Of a stretch of DNA of 64,000 nucleotides, positions 59,072 to 64,000 are shown piece after piece. The notes under the pieces were generated by a model that worked only from the letters and a program-made list of their open reading frames with translations, did not search any database and was not told where the DNA came from. A program made the position numbers and the translations under genes. Source of the stretch: Laetmonice hystrix (Eukaryota); contig OZ249436.1 in NCBI GenBank assembly GCA_965235115.1, forward strand, positions 55,740,001-55,804,000, given 5' to 3'. The number at the start of each line of letters is the position of its first letter. The stretch's first letter is position 1.

Positions 59072-62000
59072 GATGTGTTCGCACTTACACTTCAAGTACG
59101 AACGTACAGGACCAGGAGAGTCAGCAAATGGTGATGATCGATCACAGCAGATAAATGCGTAATTCCTCCACCTTGAATTAGCAGCTTTTTGTCAGTATTA
59201 AAGATGACGAGTGACTGGTGGGCTTCCTGGCTTGGCATGGGAATCGCAATCTTAGGACCCGAGTTATGGTTATGCTTGTTATTGTGTAGATTCCAGCTGT
59301 CAGTGCCCGGTGACAGAACGTCACGTCATGACGTCAGTAGGCTGTAAGGCCAACCTTCATTAATTGAGGGATATGTGTCCGCATTCCACAGTTATTTATC
59401 AAGGTGGGGTTTTGTGAGTTGTTTAGGTGATTACCAACAGATATTGTCCCATATGTATAATGAGATTTTGTTGTGAGACATGGTATTCCTTATTGGAAAG
59501 GGGCATACCTAATAGTATTCTACTGTTGTTCTGCAGCTCTCCAGTCTTTGAATGCTGAGTGGAAAGTTGTTATTTTATTAAAGACATTGGCCTTTTTTTA
59601 AACATTAGGTTGGCAGCACAGATATGGTAGGTACATCGGATAAGGACACGATGACTGAAAGAGGATGGTTAGTTTAGATCGGGGAGAGTAGCAAGTCTTA
59701 CGGAGCAATGCTGTTTAGATGTTGTTGCTAAATAATGATATTGATTTTACATTTCTTGATGTATCCATGACTTGCTGGTAAAATTGACATGGATCTGGTG
59801 TTATGTCAAGGAGTGGTATCTATACTATCAGAACACGATACTGGTCAAATAATATTATACAGAATCTACTCATATTGTCTCGAAATCTGTGCAGGTAATG
59901 TTGGAAACCTTTTCTTCCACCTCCCGTTCCTATCCGTGTTACGTTGGGGTGCTCAAGAATATTTATGTAGAGACACTCGCTTATACTCTAGTTTGACTAC
60001 TTTATTCTAGCTACGATGTTACAAGGCTGATGGTAATCCACGGAGTGTCCGTACGTTCTCCCGGCAACTAACTAATACCGGGGGTGCAGGCGGGGGCTTG
60101 TGGTGCCCCCCACAGTTCACTTAACTCGCTTACAGGATATAGCTTTTTAATGACACCTCCTTTAATTAATATATGAAAACCATAATATTTTATGTGCTGA
60201 TATGGTAGGCCATGTGGCCGTATCATCCGTGTTGGACATTTCGTCTAGTTTTGATATGAGTGAACGTGGCAGTAGATGAGAGCCGCGTCTCTCCAACCCA
60301 ATTATTTCTGATCCGTTTCCAGAAAGAAGAAACCTTCCACGTATATTTAGCCAACTCTTCCGATTCCGTGCGAATGTCGCATGACCTGTCCACAACATAT
60401 CAACACTCTCTGAAAAAAAACTTCTGTGGTTGAGTAGTTATTTTCCAATTTCTGGGTTGTGTGTATGTGTTCCACATCATATCAGAACTCAAGGCAGTTC
60501 ACCGTTGCAAATAGAGGAGAGAGGCACTCTAACATCTCTTATAGATATTCTATGTTTGACTCTGTAAATGCCCACACAGAAGTTTCATATGTTTTATACA
60601 TGTGTCAAGTGTGTGTACCTTTAATCTGTATGTAAGACTCTGTCAGTAATTGAAATGTGTAAATTATAGTTATGTTGACGTACAGCAGGATATAGGATAG
60701 TAATTTATCACGGCTGAAAGGATTGATTAAGGTCATGGATTATAGATTAACTAGTGAGATTTATCCACAATGAATATTTGTCGCGTTATCGCCGGTATGT
60801 ACAGAAGATCCTACAGCTAACTTTACTCTGAAATGTGTGCCCAGAAAAGACTCTTCAACCTGTCGTTCAACAGGCATAACGAATATCACCTGCTGACGGT
60901 CCGTTGCTATGACAACGAATGGCCTGCAACAGTCTGCGACGGTCGCAGACGTTCTGACATTGCCAGAACTTCTGCGACCGTCGCAAGACTCCATTCTGTC
61001 TTGTGTAGATGAGCTGGGTTCAAAGCCTAGGTCACGACAGTCGCGTCGCAAGGAGTTGTAAGCAATCGCAATGTGTGGGTTGGGCTTTTAGTGTGCGTTG
61101 TTCTACAGGGTGTACCGTAAGAATTGAATCGTAGAAAAAAATAATTGAGAAATAATACAAATGATAATACAAATGTTTTTATACACAGAACGTACGCGCT
61201 GTGTCCACCATTGTTTCCCCACACATAGATCATGACGAGATACTGTGTCGGCAAACTGATAACAATTGAAAAGGAAATTCCATATGATTCACGACGTATC
61301 CTGAGACCCTGTACATCCGTCTTGCAGCTGTAGCAAAACTGATCTGCCGAATGAGCCTGGGTGGTAATATTTTCCCGTCTCAAGTCTAGTGTTGTGTTGT
61401 CGTATATAATGGTTATGCCTTATCAGTGGTCATATTGACCTGCGGGTGTGGCTTGGCGTGGTCGGCGACGATACCCGTAATCGTGTGTCACATGTACGGG
61501 TAACCGGTTTGTCATTTGTCACCACGGGTCTGCTCACGCTATAGGTGGTAATTGGACTTACTCGCACTATCCTTATTATTGATGTTTGACTCTAATGAAG
61601 TTATCCCGCTCGCCTTCCTTCATATTGGTATTCATCAATTCCTTTGCGGTGCCTGGCTATCGTCTTACTATTATGATATATATTGAGATTGGACATGGTA
61701 ATTTTAGCACCGTGTGTTTGAGAAACTCGGGTTGTTTATATGTCAGAGTGTTGCTCAGGTAGGATTCTGTAGAAGAGATGTTTGTGATGTGCCATATTGT
61801 GTTTCAACCGGACACTCTTCTCTCGTTGCCTTGCAGTGTGTATTCTTTGACCTCCTTACACGGGGGTAGTTTGTCAGGTAACTACATTATGGTTAGCACT
61901 GGAAATATTATATTAAGTGAGGACAAGGTGGACTACTCGCCTCGGCAGAGTCTGGGTTTTGATGGAGTGTTTACACCACAGCCGATCTCGCTGTCGGTGT

Positions 62001-62559
62001 TAGAATGGGCCTCATCTCGTCAAATCCGGTGGTGCATGATGAGTCGTGTGTTAACACCTGATACCAGTAGCGGGGTTGGCTGCCGCAGTTATTGACGATT
62101 GCTTGCAATCAGAAATCAATGGGGATTCTTTTTTTCAAGCATGTTTATAGATTGAGGAAGGGACCCCCGGAAATTGTCGCAAAAACGTCCCTACAGTTCC
62201 TCATTCAGGATATAAAAGGGCGAATGTTAAATTATAATTGCACTAAGAAAACAGGCCATGGTTCCAACATATTGTGTACACAGACGGTTCGCCTCGTGAA
62301 AAGTGGAAATCTGAATATATTAGTGTCAGTGTCTCGCTCACGTATGTTTTGTATAGCGTTCAGTGCCAAGGCTGTGAAGTTTTTAAATGGTTTAAATCAG
62401 CCGTGTACCTCCAATGCTTCAGTATTAGTTTAGATGACTTCCATGTGCGACGATTTTCTGTGAAATGAAGCATTGAATCCAAAGCAATGTATTTCGATGG
62501 CATTACACACGCTACACTACAGACGAGTGTGTCTTTATATCAACTATCTGTTAGAACCC

Positions 62560-63900
62560 AGAACCAATGCAGTACCATCGAGATGACTTTCAGCTCGTTG
62601 TCACCGTATTTGATATCGTGAGACATTACTGAGTTATCCTATTGATATAATATAAACCAAGACCTCGCTCGGCAGGAGCAGCAAAAATAGGGTAATTGTA
62701 TTGTTGTCCGCGTAATTCTTCATTATCTTCGGCTAGGTCATGAGGGTTATGTACGCCAAGCCTGGCCGTGCATCGTTATACCTCGGGGGGCAGGCTTAAT
62801 GGCCGCTCGTTACAGGAGAGTTGTTAATCATCGTTAACTGATGGCGGAACGACTTCTTACCGTCTGCTTACCGTTACGTTACCAGCGTCGGGAACGACTT
62901 CTTACCGTCTGCTTACCGTTACGTTACCAGCGTCGGGAGTCTCCACGTGACCGCACGACGGGTAGGATGAAAGCGGAGGTGGTAATGAGTTATGACGTCA
63001 CATGTCGGAAGATGGGAGACGCCGAGGGGATGGGTGCTGCCTCGGTCCGCTCCTCGTACACGTACACGTACTCGCAGAGGTCTTTTGACATTTACAAAAC
63101 ATGGCCATGTTCTTTTCAGGATGATTCATGGTATTTCAAAAAGAGTAAAATCTAACTTGACACCATTTCAAGAGAGCATGTTGTGATTTAATCTTGCAAG
63201 AACTTTCTTTGTGAAAATGGCATGAAACGATCGCCCCAGGGGCTTAGTTTTTTTCTTGTGTTGTTTTGAAGAAGTTAAAACCCAAAGGGGGAATAACGTT
63301 TGTGCGAACAGGGACGTATGTCTGGCAGTCATGTTCCTTTGTGTATTTGAAGCTGAAACACATAGGGTGTGTCGGAAGTGGATGAGTGTGTCTTTGCTCT
63401 GCATAATATTATGGTTGTGATTCATAGGAAGTGAATAGGTCGGGGATTTAGCTCTAAGTGCTCGTTAACATAGGACGTTTTGCTCGTTATTAACGGGTAG
63501 TTAACGTTAAAACATAGGACGTTTTACTGGTATGAACGGGTTCTTAACGTTGATGGAAAATTAAGGAATGACGGAATCTATGGGCAAGGATGCTGTCCTG
63601 TGCTGTGGCTCAGAAGGGTTAGTCTAGTGGGGAGTGGGATGGGGATGGATGCATGGGGAACTGGAGTAAGTTTTGGCATCTCTGTAGTGGGTTGTTGTAC
63701 TTGATCATCATCTCCTACATGATCAAGATGGTTATGATTGTTGTCGGTTTGCGACTGCTGGCCTCCAATCGTCGTGATGCGACTGAAGAGATAGACACAC
63801 TGTATACAGAGGCGCGTGTTTCACATGGCCGTTATACATATCGTTACACAGCCCGGCATGTTTTATGGACGTATGGGGACGGTACATGTATACGGGGTGC
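62560..63900 (+). pseudogene. Possible decayed rhodopsin-class (class A) GPCR fragments
   Basis: In-order fragments: SSLSPYLIS*D (TM2-like, about 62570-62605); LLIIV/LMAERLLTVCLPLRY (TM3 E/DRY-like, 62821-62890); WSKFWHLCSGLLYLIIISYMIKMVMIVVGLRLLASNRR (TM5-like, 63662-63775); MAVIHIVTQPGMF (TM6-like, different frame). Stops and frameshifts lie between them. Confidence 0.4.
62846..62935. repeat. Exact 45-bp tandem duplication
   Basis: ggaacgacttcttaccgtctgcttaccgttacgttaccagcgtcg twice. Confidence 0.9.
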
Positions 63901-64000
63901 GTGCTACGACTCTACGACACCCGTAAAGGTACAAGGAGACCCATAACTACGGCTCCATAGTCATAGAACTAATATAAAACGTATGCTCCATTTCTGTTGT

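Overview
Eukaryotic (animal, invertebrate-like; probably lophotrochozoan, species not determinable from the sequence) genomic DNA with GT-AG introns. On the + strand, in order: (1) the 3' end of an upstream GMC oxidoreductase paralogue, visible only as an 81-bp minisatellite built from its stop-codon region; (2) about 11 kb of nested transposons, including a decayed LINE cut by two DNA elements; (3) a complete 11-exon GMC oxidoreductase; (4) a 5-exon mGluR-like class C GPCR; (5) a 13-exon adenylosuccinate lyase (ADSL). ADSL intron 7 is 23 kb long and holds two nested single-exon ORFs. One is an ependymin-related protein (+). The other is a 755-aa divergent transportin-1/karyopherin-beta2-like protein (-) that lacks the N-terminal Ran-contacting HEAT repeats and most of the H8 acidic loop, and it is the most unusual item in the window. 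A possible decayed rhodopsin-class GPCR lies at the far end. No rRNA, tRNA or CRISPR array was recognised. All exon coordinates and alignments were made by eye, and comparisons to human proteins are from recall.
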